Below are positions 25,535 to 33,808 of a stretch of DNA of 59,880 bases, in pieces; the first letter of the stretch is position 1, and every line of letters begins with the position of its first letter. The position numbers and the translations under genes were made by a program. Origin of the DNA: Minisyncoccia bacterium (GTDB lineage Bacteria > Patescibacteriota > Minisyncoccia > Phycocordibacterales > Phycocordibacteraceae). The DNA is taken from assembly GCA_038212075.1 (NCBI GenBank), contig JBBQUV010000002.1, positions 73,343 through 133,222 on the forward strand. Direction: 5' to 3'. The notes below the pieces were generated by a model. That model was not told the origin of the DNA. It made no database searches and saw only the letters and a list, made by a program, of their open reading frames with translations.

Positions 25535-25912
25535 ATGTTACAGCCACAAACTATCGTTACTGTTGCAGATAACTCCGGCGCAAAAGTTGCGCGCATCTTC
25601 AAGGTGCTTGGTGGTTCGAAACGCCGCTATGCGTATATTGGTGACGTTGTGGTTGTCTCTGTACAAACCGCAGAGCCACGTAAGCTCGTAAAAAAGAAGG
25701 ATGTCTTCAAAGCCGTTGTTGTTCGCCAAGTGAAGCCAATGCGTCGTAAAGATGGATCCTACGTTTCTTTTGATGACAACGCTGTTGTGCTTATTGAAAA
25801 ACAAGGAAAGGAAATGGGTCCAAAGGGTAATCGCGTGTTTGGTCCTGTTCCTCGCGAGCTCGTTGAGCGCGGATGGGGCAACATTGCCGGTATCGCTCCT
25901 GAAGTCGTCTAA
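25535..25912 (+). CDS. rplN: 50S ribosomal protein L14
   Basis: 125 aa. MLQPQTIVTVADNSGAK...IGDVVVVSV...RFDDNAVVLI type pattern. Confidence 0.97.
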   Translation: MLQPQTIVTVADNSGAKVARIFKVLGGSKRRYAYIGDVVVVSVQTAEPRKLVKKKDVFKAVVVRQVKPMRRKDGSYVSFDDNAVVLIEKQGKEMGPKGNRVFGPVPRELVERGWGNIAGIAPEVV

Positions 25913-25915
25913 TTT

Positions 25916-26308
25916 TTGAATATGCAAAACCGCCCACTTAAATCACGTAACAAGAAACTTTCACGCTTTGCAAAGCGCCATATTCGCCCTGCGGCAATGA
26001 AGATGAAGATTAAAAAAGGTGACAACGTCATGGTTGTTTCCGGCAAAGACAAAGGAAAGACGGGTGCAGTGCTCCGCGTATTTCCTCGCGTTGGTCGCGT
26101 TATTGTGGAAGGTGTTGCAGTGCACAAGCGTCACAGCAAGAAGATTGCCGGCCAAACCGGCCGTATTATTGATATCTTGCTTCCAATCAGCGCAAGCAAC
26201 GTGATGGTGATGGACCCAAAAGAAGGGAAGCCAACTCGCGTAAAGCGCGTAATGGACGGTAACAAGCGCGTTCGTGTTGCTCACAAGAGCGGCACCACCC
26301 TCGCATAA
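25916..26308 (+). CDS. rplX: 50S ribosomal protein L24 (start uncertain; conserved core begins MKIKKGD near 26003)
   Basis: KIKKGDNVMVVSGKDKGKTGAVLRV KOW motif. The 28-aa basic N-terminal extension exists only if the 25916 start is used. Confidence 0.9.
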   Translation: MNMQNRPLKSRNKKLSRFAKRHIRPAAMKMKIKKGDNVMVVSGKDKGKTGAVLRVFPRVGRVIVEGVAVHKRHSKKIAGQTGRIIDILLPISASNVMVMDPKEGKPTRVKRVMDGNKRVRVAHKSGTTLA

Positions 26309-26318
26309 TATTTTTCGT

Positions 26319-26855
26319 ATGATGATGACTAAAGAACGACAGCAGACCGCCTTTGAGGCACTTTCTGCAGATATGGGCTACAAGAACCGCATGGCCGCTC
26401 CACGCGTCCAGAAGGTCATCGTATCTACGGGTGTGGGTAAAAAGCGCGATAAGAAAGTGCTTGAGCTTATTCAGGGTCGTCTCGCACGCATTACTGGTCA
26501 GAAGGCCGCTCCGCGTTCCGCTCGCATCTCCATTGCATCATTCAAGGTGCGTGAAGGTGACGTAGTGGGCTACCAAACCACGCTTCGTGGCGCACGTATG
26601 TATGACTTCCTTGACCGCCTTATTCACGTCGCTATCCCTCGTACGCGCGACTTTCGCGGCATTCCGGGAACTGCCGTAGACGATATGGGTAACATCACTA
26701 TTGGTATAAAAGAGCACACCATCTTCCCGGAGACCTCCGATGAAGAAGTGAAGGACGTTTTCGGCCTTGCGGTCACCATTGTCACCTCGGCAAAGTCCAA
26801 AAAGGAAGCAGTGGCCTTCTTCAAGCACCTCGGCGTTCCGCTTCGGGACAAGTAA
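26319..26855 (+). CDS. rplE: 50S ribosomal protein L5
   Basis: NRMAAPRVQKVIVSTGVG...RDFRGIP...GNITIGIKEHTIFPE. Start lies in a ttttcgtATG context. Confidence 0.96.
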   Translation: MMMTKERQQTAFEALSADMGYKNRMAAPRVQKVIVSTGVGKKRDKKVLELIQGRLARITGQKAAPRSARISIASFKVREGDVVGYQTTLRGARMYDFLDRLIHVAIPRTRDFRGIPGTAVDDMGNITIGIKEHTIFPETSDEEVKDVFGLAVTIVTSAKSKKEAVAFFKHLGVPLRDK

Positions 26856-26925
26856 TTACTGGCTCGTTTGACACTCGTCCATAACGCTGATAGATTATCT
26901 TCACGCTCCTCGGAGCTATTTTTGT

Positions 26926-27195
26926 ATGGCTAAAAAGTCCCAAATCGCCCGACTCGCTAAGAAGCAAAAGCTAGTCAAAAAGTACGCTGTTAAGCGTGCG
27001 GCTCTTAAGGCTGCTGGTGACTGGGAAGGCCTCCAAAAGCTTCCGAAAAACTCCTCCCCCGTTCGCATTAAAAACCGTTGTGCGGTCACCGGCCGTTCCC
27101 GTGGCTATATGCGGGCATTCGGGCTTTCCCGCATTCAATTCCGCGAGCTTGCTCGCGAGGGTAAGATTCCGGGTATAAAGAAAGCATCATGGTAA
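26926..27195 (+). CDS. rpsN: 30S ribosomal protein S14 (long, non-zinc type)
   Basis: 89 aa. [17 protein letters not shown]...[39 protein letters not shown]. Confidence 0.95.
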   Translation: MAKKSQIARLAKKQKLVKKYAVKRAALKAAGDWEGLQKLPKNSSPVRIKNRCAVTGRSRGYMRAFGLSRIQFRELAREGKIPGIKKASW

Positions 27196-27581
27196 GCGAC
27201 CGCGTCGGGGACTTCATCATTCGTCTTCAAAACGCCGGCGCGGTAGGTAAGGCCGTTGTCGCACTCCCATACTCTGCCCACCTTGAAGCTATCGCCAAAA
27301 AGCTTCGCGAACTTGGCTACGTTGCAAACGTTGAAACGGCATCAAAGCCACAGAAAACCCTTGAAGTTACGCTTGCCTATGACACGCACGGTAAACACCT
27401 TATTCATGGTGTGAAGCGCATTTCCAAGCCAGGTCGTCGTTTGTACATTCCTGCGCGTGATGCACACAACGTGAAGAACGGAACGGGCGTTCGCATCATT
27501 TCAAGTCCGAAGGGTATTCTTTCAGACGCAGAAGCACGTAAGGTTCGTGCAGGTGGTGAAAACCTTTTTGAAATATGGTAA
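27189..27581 (+). CDS. rpsH: 30S ribosomal protein S8
   Basis: 130 aa. [13 protein letters not shown]...ISKPGRRLY...[19 protein letters not shown]. Confidence 0.96.
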   Translation: MVSDRVGDFIIRLQNAGAVGKAVVALPYSAHLEAIAKKLRELGYVANVETASKPQKTLEVTLAYDTHGKHLIHGVKRISKPGRRLYIPARDAHNVKNGTGVRIISSPKGILSDAEARKVRAGGENLFEIW

Positions 27582-28120
27582 ACGAAACCAGTCGTCTTGC
27601 GAAAAAGCCGATTCCCGTACCGGCAAAAGTCGAAGTCTCTGCTTCGGCTGATACTATTACTGTAAAGGGAGCAAAGGCAACTCTTTCAAAGCCACTTCAC
27701 CCATCAGTGGGTATTTCCGTAGATGCTGAAGGCGTGCACATTACTGCAAAAAATAGCTCACGTCTTGCAAAGGCACTTACCGGCACCTACGCCGCGCACG
27801 TTCGCACCATGATGAAGGGTGTTGAGACACCATTCAAACGAGGACTTATTCTTGAAGGTGTTGGCTACAAAGTTGAACTCAAGGGCAAGGAGCTTGTATT
27901 CACAGTTGGATTTTCTCATCAAGTTAAACTCGTTGTTCCGGAAGGCCTTACCGCAATTGTTGAAAAGAACAGCATCACTATTGAAGGTTGTGATAAACAA
28001 ATGGTGGGACAGTTTGCGGCAAACGTTCGTGACGTGAAGCCACCAGAGCCATATCTTGGAAAAGGCATTCGCTACAACGACGAAGTTATTCGTCGTAAGC
28101 AAGGCAAGAAGGCTGTATAA
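27575..28120 (+). CDS. rplF: 50S ribosomal protein L6
   Basis: 181 aa. SRLAKKPIPVPAKVEV...LEGVGYKVELKG...PEPYLGKGIRY. Confidence 0.96.
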   Translation: MVNETSRLAKKPIPVPAKVEVSASADTITVKGAKATLSKPLHPSVGISVDAEGVHITAKNSSRLAKALTGTYAAHVRTMMKGVETPFKRGLILEGVGYKVELKGKELVFTVGFSHQVKLVVPEGLTAIVEKNSITIEGCDKQMVGQFAANVRDVKPPEPYLGKGIRYNDEVIRRKQGKKAV

Positions 28121-28126
28121 AATACT

Positions 28127-28477
28127 ATGGGTAAACTTTCTACAACTAAACGAGATTCACGCATTCGCCGTCACAAGCGCGTTCGTTCGCGTATTTCCGG
28201 TACCGCAGAGCGCCCACGTCTTACGGTTTTCCGTAGCAATCGTTTTGTGTCCGCGCAGATTATTGATGACACTAAGGGTGTAACCCTTGTTGCCGCACAT
28301 GGTCGCGACACAAAAGGAACACTGACGGCACAGGCTGGAACAGTGGGGAAGGAGATTGCCGCACGAGCAAAGGAGAAGGGAATCACTGCCGTTGTGTTTG
28401 ATCGTGCAGGGTATTCCTATGCCGCGCAAATTAAAGCACTTGCGGACGCCGCACGCGAAGGCGGACTCGCTTTTTAA
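28127..28477 (+). CDS. rplR: 50S ribosomal protein L18
   Basis: 116 aa. [37 protein letters not shown]...[28 protein letters not shown]. Confidence 0.96.
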   Translation: MGKLSTTKRDSRIRRHKRVRSRISGTAERPRLTVFRSNRFVSAQIIDDTKGVTLVAAHGRDTKGTLTAQAGTVGKEIAARAKEKGITAVVFDRAGYSYAAQIKALADAAREGGLAF

Positions 28478-28483
28478 TACACT

Positions 28484-29074
28484 ATGGCTGACACTGAAAC
28501 CATGACGAATGATACAGAAGTAGTAGCTACTCCCGTAGTTGCTGAAGTAGCACCCGCTCTCCCTGCAGAGAGCATGCGTGATCGTCGCCGTGGCGCACGT
28601 AGCGAAGGACGCGGCCGTGGCCGTGGCCGCGAAGGCCGTGAGCGTAGCGAGTTTGATTCAGTCACGATTGAAGTGCGCCGTGTTGCTCGTGTGATGGCCG
28701 GCGGACGTCGCTTTAACTTCAGCGTCTCCATTGTTATTGGCGACAAGAAGGGTCGTGTGGGTGTGGGTCTTGGGAAGGCGGCAGACACTGCCCTCGCTAT
28801 TGAAAAAGCAACACGCGATGCAAAGAAACACATGATTACGGTGAAGCGCACGGACAACAATTCCATTTCGCACGATGTATCGGCAAAATATGCTTCCTCA
28901 ACGATTATGATTACACCTTCCACTGGTCGTGGGCTTGTGGCAGGTAGCGCAATGCGCACCGTGCTTGAACTTGCCGGTGTGACCGACGTCATCACAAAGA
29001 TTCTTTCTCGTACGAAGAACAAACTTACCATCGCGCGCGCGACGGTAGCGGCACTCAAAAAGCTGAACGGATAA
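28484..29074 (+). CDS. rpsE: 30S ribosomal protein S5 with about 55-aa acidic then RG-rich N-terminal extension
   Basis: 196 aa. VRRVARVMAGGRRFNFSVSIVIGDKKGRVGVGLGKA is the S5 core, preceded by RRGARSEGRGRGRGREGRERSE. Confidence 0.96.
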   Translation: MADTETMTNDTEVVATPVVAEVAPALPAESMRDRRRGARSEGRGRGRGREGRERSEFDSVTIEVRRVARVMAGGRRFNFSVSIVIGDKKGRVGVGLGKAADTALAIEKATRDAKKHMITVKRTDNNSISHDVSAKYASSTIMITPSTGRGLVAGSAMRTVLELAGVTDVITKILSRTKNKLTIARATVAALKKLNG

Positions 29075-29078
29075 TTGT

Positions 29079-29519
29079 ATGCAACTCAACACCCTAAAAG
29101 CAAAGTCAAAGCGCGTCACCAGCATGCGTGTTGGTCGTGGCGGAAAGCGTGGTAAAACCTCAGGCCATGGCGGCAAGGGGCAGACTGCTCGCGCCGGTCA
29201 CAAAATTCGTCCAGAAATTCGCGATCTCATCAAGAAAATCCCAAAGCGTCGTGGTCACGGAAAGAACCGCGCACGTACCGTACGCCCCCGTGTCGCTATT
29301 ATTCCTATAAACGTAGTTGCTCTTGCTGCTGTTTTCTCTGCGGGCGATGTGGTAAACCCAGCAACACTTGCAAAGCGTGGTCTTACGCGCGGCAAAGGCA
29401 TTCGCGTTAAAATTCTCGGTACCGGTACCCTTGATAAGGCACTTTCTGTTTCTAACTGTGACGTATCCGCATCGGCGAAGGCGGCAATAGAAAAAGCGGG
29501 CGGTTCGGTACTCTCCTAA
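29079..29519 (+). CDS. rplO: 50S ribosomal protein L15
   Basis: 146 aa. RVGRGGKRGKTSGHGGKGQTARAG. Starts 4 nt after rpsE, so no rpmD lies between them. Confidence 0.95.
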   Translation: MQLNTLKAKSKRVTSMRVGRGGKRGKTSGHGGKGQTARAGHKIRPEIRDLIKKIPKRRGHGKNRARTVRPRVAIIPINVVALAAVFSAGDVVNPATLAKRGLTRGKGIRVKILGTGTLDKALSVSNCDVSASAKAAIEKAGGSVLS

Positions 29520-29523
29520 CGGT

Positions 29524-30798
29524 ATGATTGGTACTTTCTTCAAGAAAGTCCATCTCGTCTTTACGGATGCAAGCATCCGTAATCGTGTGCTTTTTGTTCT
29601 CGCGGCGTTCGTCGCTTTTCGTTTTCTCGCGGCGATCCCTATTCCGGGAGTTGACCGTGCGGCACTTGAGGCATTTTTTCAAAACAATCAGTTCTTCGGC
29701 CTCTTGAACGTCTTTTCAGGTGGCGGTTTCTCACACCTTTCGCTCGTGATGCTCGGTGTTGCCCCGTACATTACGGCTAGCATCATCATGCAACTTGCAA
29801 CGATTTTGTTCCCAAAGATAAAGCACATGTACACCGAAGAAGGGGACGCTGGGCGTGCAAAGTTTATTGAGTGGAGTCGTATTCTTACTATCCCGATCGC
29901 GATCGTACAAGGCGTTGCCTTTCTCTCGCTTCTTCAGAGCCAGGGTATTCTCGGGCACCTTTCCTCTATCGCATTTGCGAGCGATATCTTGCTTGTTGCC
30001 GGCGGCTCGCTTCTCTTGATGTGGATTGGAGAACTTATGACCGAGTTTGGTATTGGTAACGGCGTATCGCTCATTATCTTTGGCGGCATCGCGTCTCGTA
30101 TTCCAAGTAGCATTTCACAGGCGTTATACACCGCAACGGCGGCAAACATTCCTTCCTATCTTGCTTTTGCGGCGCTTGCAGTACTCGTGATTTATGCGGT
30201 GGTGATTGTTTCTGAAGCAGAACGTTCTATTCCGATCGCCTACGCCCGCCAAGTACGTGGTGCGGCAAATGCCTCTGGTGCGGCAACGTATCTTCCGATT
30301 CGTCTTCTTCAAACAGGCGTGATTCCTATCGTGTTTGCGCTCTCACTCCTTTTGTTTCCGCAGATGATTTTTGCGGCGCTTTCTGCCATCGGTTTTGCGT
30401 GGGTTGCGCCACTTTCAAGTGGTTATGCACGTTTTGCCGCAAACCCGTTTGAATACGGCGCGGCCTACTTCCTACTCGTTGTGATGTTCACCTATTTCTA
30501 TACATCCATTACTTTTGAACCAAAGCGTGTTGCTGAAAACCTTCAGAAGTCTGGCGCATTTGTGCCGGGTGTTCGTCCTGGTCCTGAAACGGAACGCTAC
30601 ATTAGCGCAGTTGTTTCTTACATCACCTTCCCTGGAGCAACCTTCCTTGGTCTCGTTGCCGTTGCCCCATTCATTATTCAAGGACTCACGGGAGTTACTG
30701 CCATTCTGGTCGGCGGTACGGCACTTTTGATTGCGGTGCAGGTCGTTCTCGACCTTGTGCGCAAAATTGACGCACAGGTTTCGCTTCGCGAATACTAA
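29524..30798 (+). CDS. secY: preprotein translocase subunit SecY
   Basis: 424 aa, about 10 TM segments. LGVAPYITASIIMQL and GELMTEFGIGNGVSLIIF motifs. Confidence 0.96.
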   Translation: MIGTFFKKVHLVFTDASIRNRVLFVLAAFVAFRFLAAIPIPGVDRAALEAFFQNNQFFGLLNVFSGGGFSHLSLVMLGVAPYITASIIMQLATILFPKIKHMYTEEGDAGRAKFIEWSRILTIPIAIVQGVAFLSLLQSQGILGHLSSIAFASDILLVAGGSLLLMWIGELMTEFGIGNGVSLIIFGGIASRIPSSISQALYTATAANIPSYLAFAALAVLVIYAVVIVSEAERSIPIAYARQVRGAANASGAATYLPIRLLQTGVIPIVFALSLLLFPQMIFAALSAIGFAWVAPLSSGYARFAANPFEYGAAYFLLVVMFTYFYTSITFEPKRVAENLQKSGAFVPGVRPGPETERYISAVVSYITFPGATFLGLVAVAPFIIQGLTGVTAILVGGTALLIAVQVVLDLVRKIDAQVSLREY

Positions 30799-30835
30799 TT
30801 TCTCGCGACGCGTCGCGAGGTGATAAAATAAAAAT

Positions 30836-31402
30836 ATGGAATCTCGCACTATTCTCTTCATGGGCAAGCCCGGTAGTGGCAAGGGTACACAAGCAAAACT
30901 CCTTTCAGGTGTAGCGGGCTGGCCTGTTATGGCATCCGGCGATGCTTTTCGCGCTATCGCAAAAGAAGAGAGTGCTGTGGGACGAAAGGTGAGCGATGAA
31001 ATGAATCAAGGCTTTCTGATGCCTGATTGGTTTGCGATGTATTTGTTCCAGCGTTCTATTTTTTCTATTCCTGCAGAATCAGGTGTTATTTTTGACGGAT
31101 TTGGACGCAAGCTTCCAGAAGCGCAGATGGTAGCAAACGTGCTCGCGTGGCTTGGACGAAAACTCGAAGTGCTCTACATCAATGTTCCCGACGAACATAT
31201 TTTAAATCGTATTGAGAAGCGCAAAGACATCGAGGGTCGTGCAGATGACGCAAGTGTGATGAAACGACTTGAAGAATTCCGACTCTATACAGAACCATCA
31301 CTCGCATTTTTCCGTGAATCTGGTTTTGTGACGGAAATTGACGGCACTCCAGATATTGAAACGATTCATACCGATATTGTTGCGAAACTTGGACTCAAAT
31401 GA
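30836..31402 (+). CDS. adk: adenylate kinase (short type, no zinc lid)
   Basis: 188 aa. GKPGSGKGTQAKLL P-loop and DGFGRKLPEAQ. The TGA stop overlaps the map ATG (ATGA). Confidence 0.9.
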   Translation: MESRTILFMGKPGSGKGTQAKLLSGVAGWPVMASGDAFRAIAKEESAVGRKVSDEMNQGFLMPDWFAMYLFQRSIFSIPAESGVIFDGFGRKLPEAQMVANVLAWLGRKLEVLYINVPDEHILNRIEKRKDIEGRADDASVMKRLEEFRLYTEPSLAFFRESGFVTEIDGTPDIETIHTDIVAKLGLK

Positions 31403-32178
31403 TTCTACGAAACGACACTGAACAGGCAGACATTGTTGAAGCAGGGAGGCGTTTGGGCGTCATTCTTGAAGAAGTCGCAAAAGAAGCAGAGGCAGGAGTT
31501 TCCACTCTTGAACTTGATGCGCTCGCTGAACAGCTTATACGCGCCGACGGAGACGAGCCGGTGTTCCTTGGGTACACCCCTGAAGGCGCCGCCCGCCCGT
31601 ATCCGGCAACGTTGTGTGTATCCGTGAACGACGAAGTCGTTCACGGCATTCCGAATGAATCCCCACGGATTTTGAAAGAAGGCGATATCGTTGCGCTTGA
31701 TCTCGGGCTTACGCACAAAGGCCTTATTGTTGACTCAGCCATCACGGTAGCTGTCGGGCGCATTGATTTTTGTGCGAAAGCGCTTATGGACGCTACGAGC
31801 GAGGCGCTTGAGGCAGGCATTGACGCTGTGCGTGTCGGAAACCGCATTGGCGATATTTCAAATGCTATCGAAGAAGCGTACAAGGATACGCAGTTTTCTA
31901 TCGTGAAGGTGCTTGGCGGGCACGGGGTAGGGAATCAGGTACACGAAGAACCGTTTGTGCCGAATTTTGGACATGCGGGCACCGGGGAAGAAATTGTAGA
32001 AGGTATGGTGCTTGCGCTTGAACCTATCGCAAATGAAGGGAAGGCTGGCGTGGTGATTGCGGGCGACGGATATACGTACCGCACCAAAGACGGTTCACGT
32101 AGCGCACATTTTGAACACACCGTGATTGCTCAAAAAGACGGACCCCTTGTGATTACCCGTCGCCCAAGTGAACAATAA
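31399..32178 (+). CDS. map: methionine aminopeptidase type I
   Basis: 259 aa. VHGIP, DIVALDLG, GGHGVG, LEPI and FEHTV metal-ligand contexts. Confidence 0.93.
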   Translation: MILRNDTEQADIVEAGRRLGVILEEVAKEAEAGVSTLELDALAEQLIRADGDEPVFLGYTPEGAARPYPATLCVSVNDEVVHGIPNESPRILKEGDIVALDLGLTHKGLIVDSAITVAVGRIDFCAKALMDATSEALEAGIDAVRVGNRIGDISNAIEEAYKDTQFSIVKVLGGHGVGNQVHEEPFVPNFGHAGTGEEIVEGMVLALEPIANEGKAGVVIAGDGYTYRTKDGSRSAHFEHTVIAQKDGPLVITRRPSEQ

Positions 32179-32254
32179 CTTCATAAAACCTTAATGATGG
32201 GCAAGGTATACTTTCTGGGTAACTTCTTTACGAGCTAGCAAATCATGTATCTTT

Positions 32255-32497
32255 ATGGCAACTATTATAAACAACCCGGGACCTGAACGTGTTGTTGAGG
32301 TTTCCGGTTCGGGAGATTCAGGCGGTTGGGCGGTAGCGGTTATTGTGCTTATCGCTGTTGTTGTGGGAGTTGTTGGGTGGTCTTACTACCACCGTGGGGC
32401 GCCCGCACCAGCTCAACAGGGTCCAAGTATTAATGTAACGCTCCCAGCTCCTTCCTCGGGCAGTGACAACACGAACTCGCCTCCAGCAACGCCGTAA
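32255..32497 (+). CDS. small membrane protein (80 aa, one TM, Pro/Ser-rich tail)
   Basis: GGWAVAVIVLIAVVVGVVGWSYY TM helix. Terminator at 32516..32548. Confidence 0.4.
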   Translation: MATIINNPGPERVVEVSGSGDSGGWAVAVIVLIAVVVGVVGWSYYHRGAPAPAQQGPSINVTLPAPSSGSDNTNSPPATP

Positions 32498-32515
32498 GGT
32501 TTTCAAATACGGCAG

Positions 32516-32548
32516 AAAACACCTCCGCACCTGTGCGGAGGTGTTTTT
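32516..32548 (+). terminator. intrinsic terminator
   Basis: aaaacacctccgcac-ct-gtgcggaggtgttttt. Confidence 0.65.
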
Positions 32549-32617
32549 GATTTCAACCATAGTTTTGTGTATACTCCTTCTATTAACGCCCTGCGGGCGC
32601 TTTTTAACAAAGATTTT

Positions 32618-33229
32618 ATGGACCAGAAACCACACCCAAAAAAAGAACGCACGTTTGTGATGGTAAAGCCTGACGGCGTCCAGCGTGGACTTATTGGTGA
32701 AATACTTGGCCGCTTTGAACGTACTGGCTTGAAGCTCGTTTGTCTTAAACTCACTCTTTTGGACGAGAAGAAGTTGTGGGAACACTATGGCAAAGACGAC
32801 GCGTGGTTTTTGAAGAAGGGGACGAAGATTGCCGAAGATAAAAAAGCAGCTGGTCTTCCGCACGATAAAGACCCAATGGAATATGGTAAAGACATCATTC
32901 GCGTGCTGGTGAAATTTATGACCTCCGGTCCTGTGGTGGTGATGGTGTGGGAAGGGAATCAGTCCGTTGCGGTGGTTAAAAAGCTTGTGGGCGAGACCGA
33001 ACCAGCAACGTCAGACGTAGGAACCATCCGTGGTGACCTTACTATTGATTCCTACGCTATTGCGGCCGTAGACGACCGTGCTGTGCGCAATCTTATTCAC
33101 TGCTCGGATGCTCCAGAAGAAGCGGAGCGCGAAATGGCTCTCTGGCTCTCGGAAGGTGATCTTATTTCCTACGGTATTGTGGGAGAGAAGATTCTCTACG
33201 ATATCAACTTGGATGGGATTCTGGACTAA
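32618..33229 (+). CDS. ndk: nucleoside-diphosphate kinase, long variant with internal insertions and a C-terminal extension
   Basis: ERTFVMVKPDGVQRGLIGEILGRFERTGLKLV, TSGPVVVMVWEG and NLIHCSD (catalytic His). Start chosen at the internal ATG 32618. Confidence 0.85.
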   Translation: MDQKPHPKKERTFVMVKPDGVQRGLIGEILGRFERTGLKLVCLKLTLLDEKKLWEHYGKDDAWFLKKGTKIAEDKKAAGLPHDKDPMEYGKDIIRVLVKFMTSGPVVVMVWEGNQSVAVVKKLVGETEPATSDVGTIRGDLTIDSYAIAAVDDRAVRNLIHCSDAPEEAEREMALWLSEGDLISYGIVGEKILYDINLDGILD

Positions 33230-33442
33230 GGTGTATAATTCTACCGGAGCCGTTTCTTAAAAAAGCAACTACTTTTTTCTCGGGAACTTTGTATTCAGAC
33301 GCCTCAGCGAGTTCGCAAGAATTCCAGCAGTCGTCGTTCGGGTACCCACTTAGAATATACAGTTGCGTCTGGGGAGCGGTTCCAGCAAAAAATACCTCTT
33401 GAAAGGTATTTTTTGCTTTTCACTGAATGTTACAATTCATAC

Positions 33443-33808
33443 ATGCGTTTATATTGGTTTTTGGGAGCACTTGCTGCTGTCGCGCTTCTCGCGACACTCC
33501 ACATATGGGCACTTCGCGATTTTTTATATTGGCAGTACCGGTGGTTTGATACACCGATGCACCTGCTTGGCGGCGCGGCGATTGGTGCATTTACCGTAGG
33601 TCTTCTCCACTCGTGGCGGCCGTTTCTCTATTTGTCAGCCATCGTCTTCGTTTCCTTTTCTTGGGAATTAATGGAATACATCTTTGGTCTTACTGGTGTA
33701 AACAGTATCGACTACACATGGGATACTGCACACGACTTATTGAATGATGCGATTGGCGCAACGTTCGTATATGTTCTTGCTCGCTACACTCTATGGCGCT
33801 CCGCGTAA
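33443..33808 (+). CDS. hypothetical integral membrane protein (about 121 aa, 4 TM)
   Basis: MRLYWFLGALAAVALLATLHIWAL... Start placed after the hairpin plus T-run at 33384..33416. Overlaps the next gene by 16 nt. Confidence 0.5.
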   Translation: MRLYWFLGALAAVALLATLHIWALRDFLYWQYRWFDTPMHLLGGAAIGAFTVGLLHSWRPFLYLSAIVFVSFSWELMEYIFGLTGVNSIDYTWDTAHDLLNDAIGATFVYVLARYTLWRSA

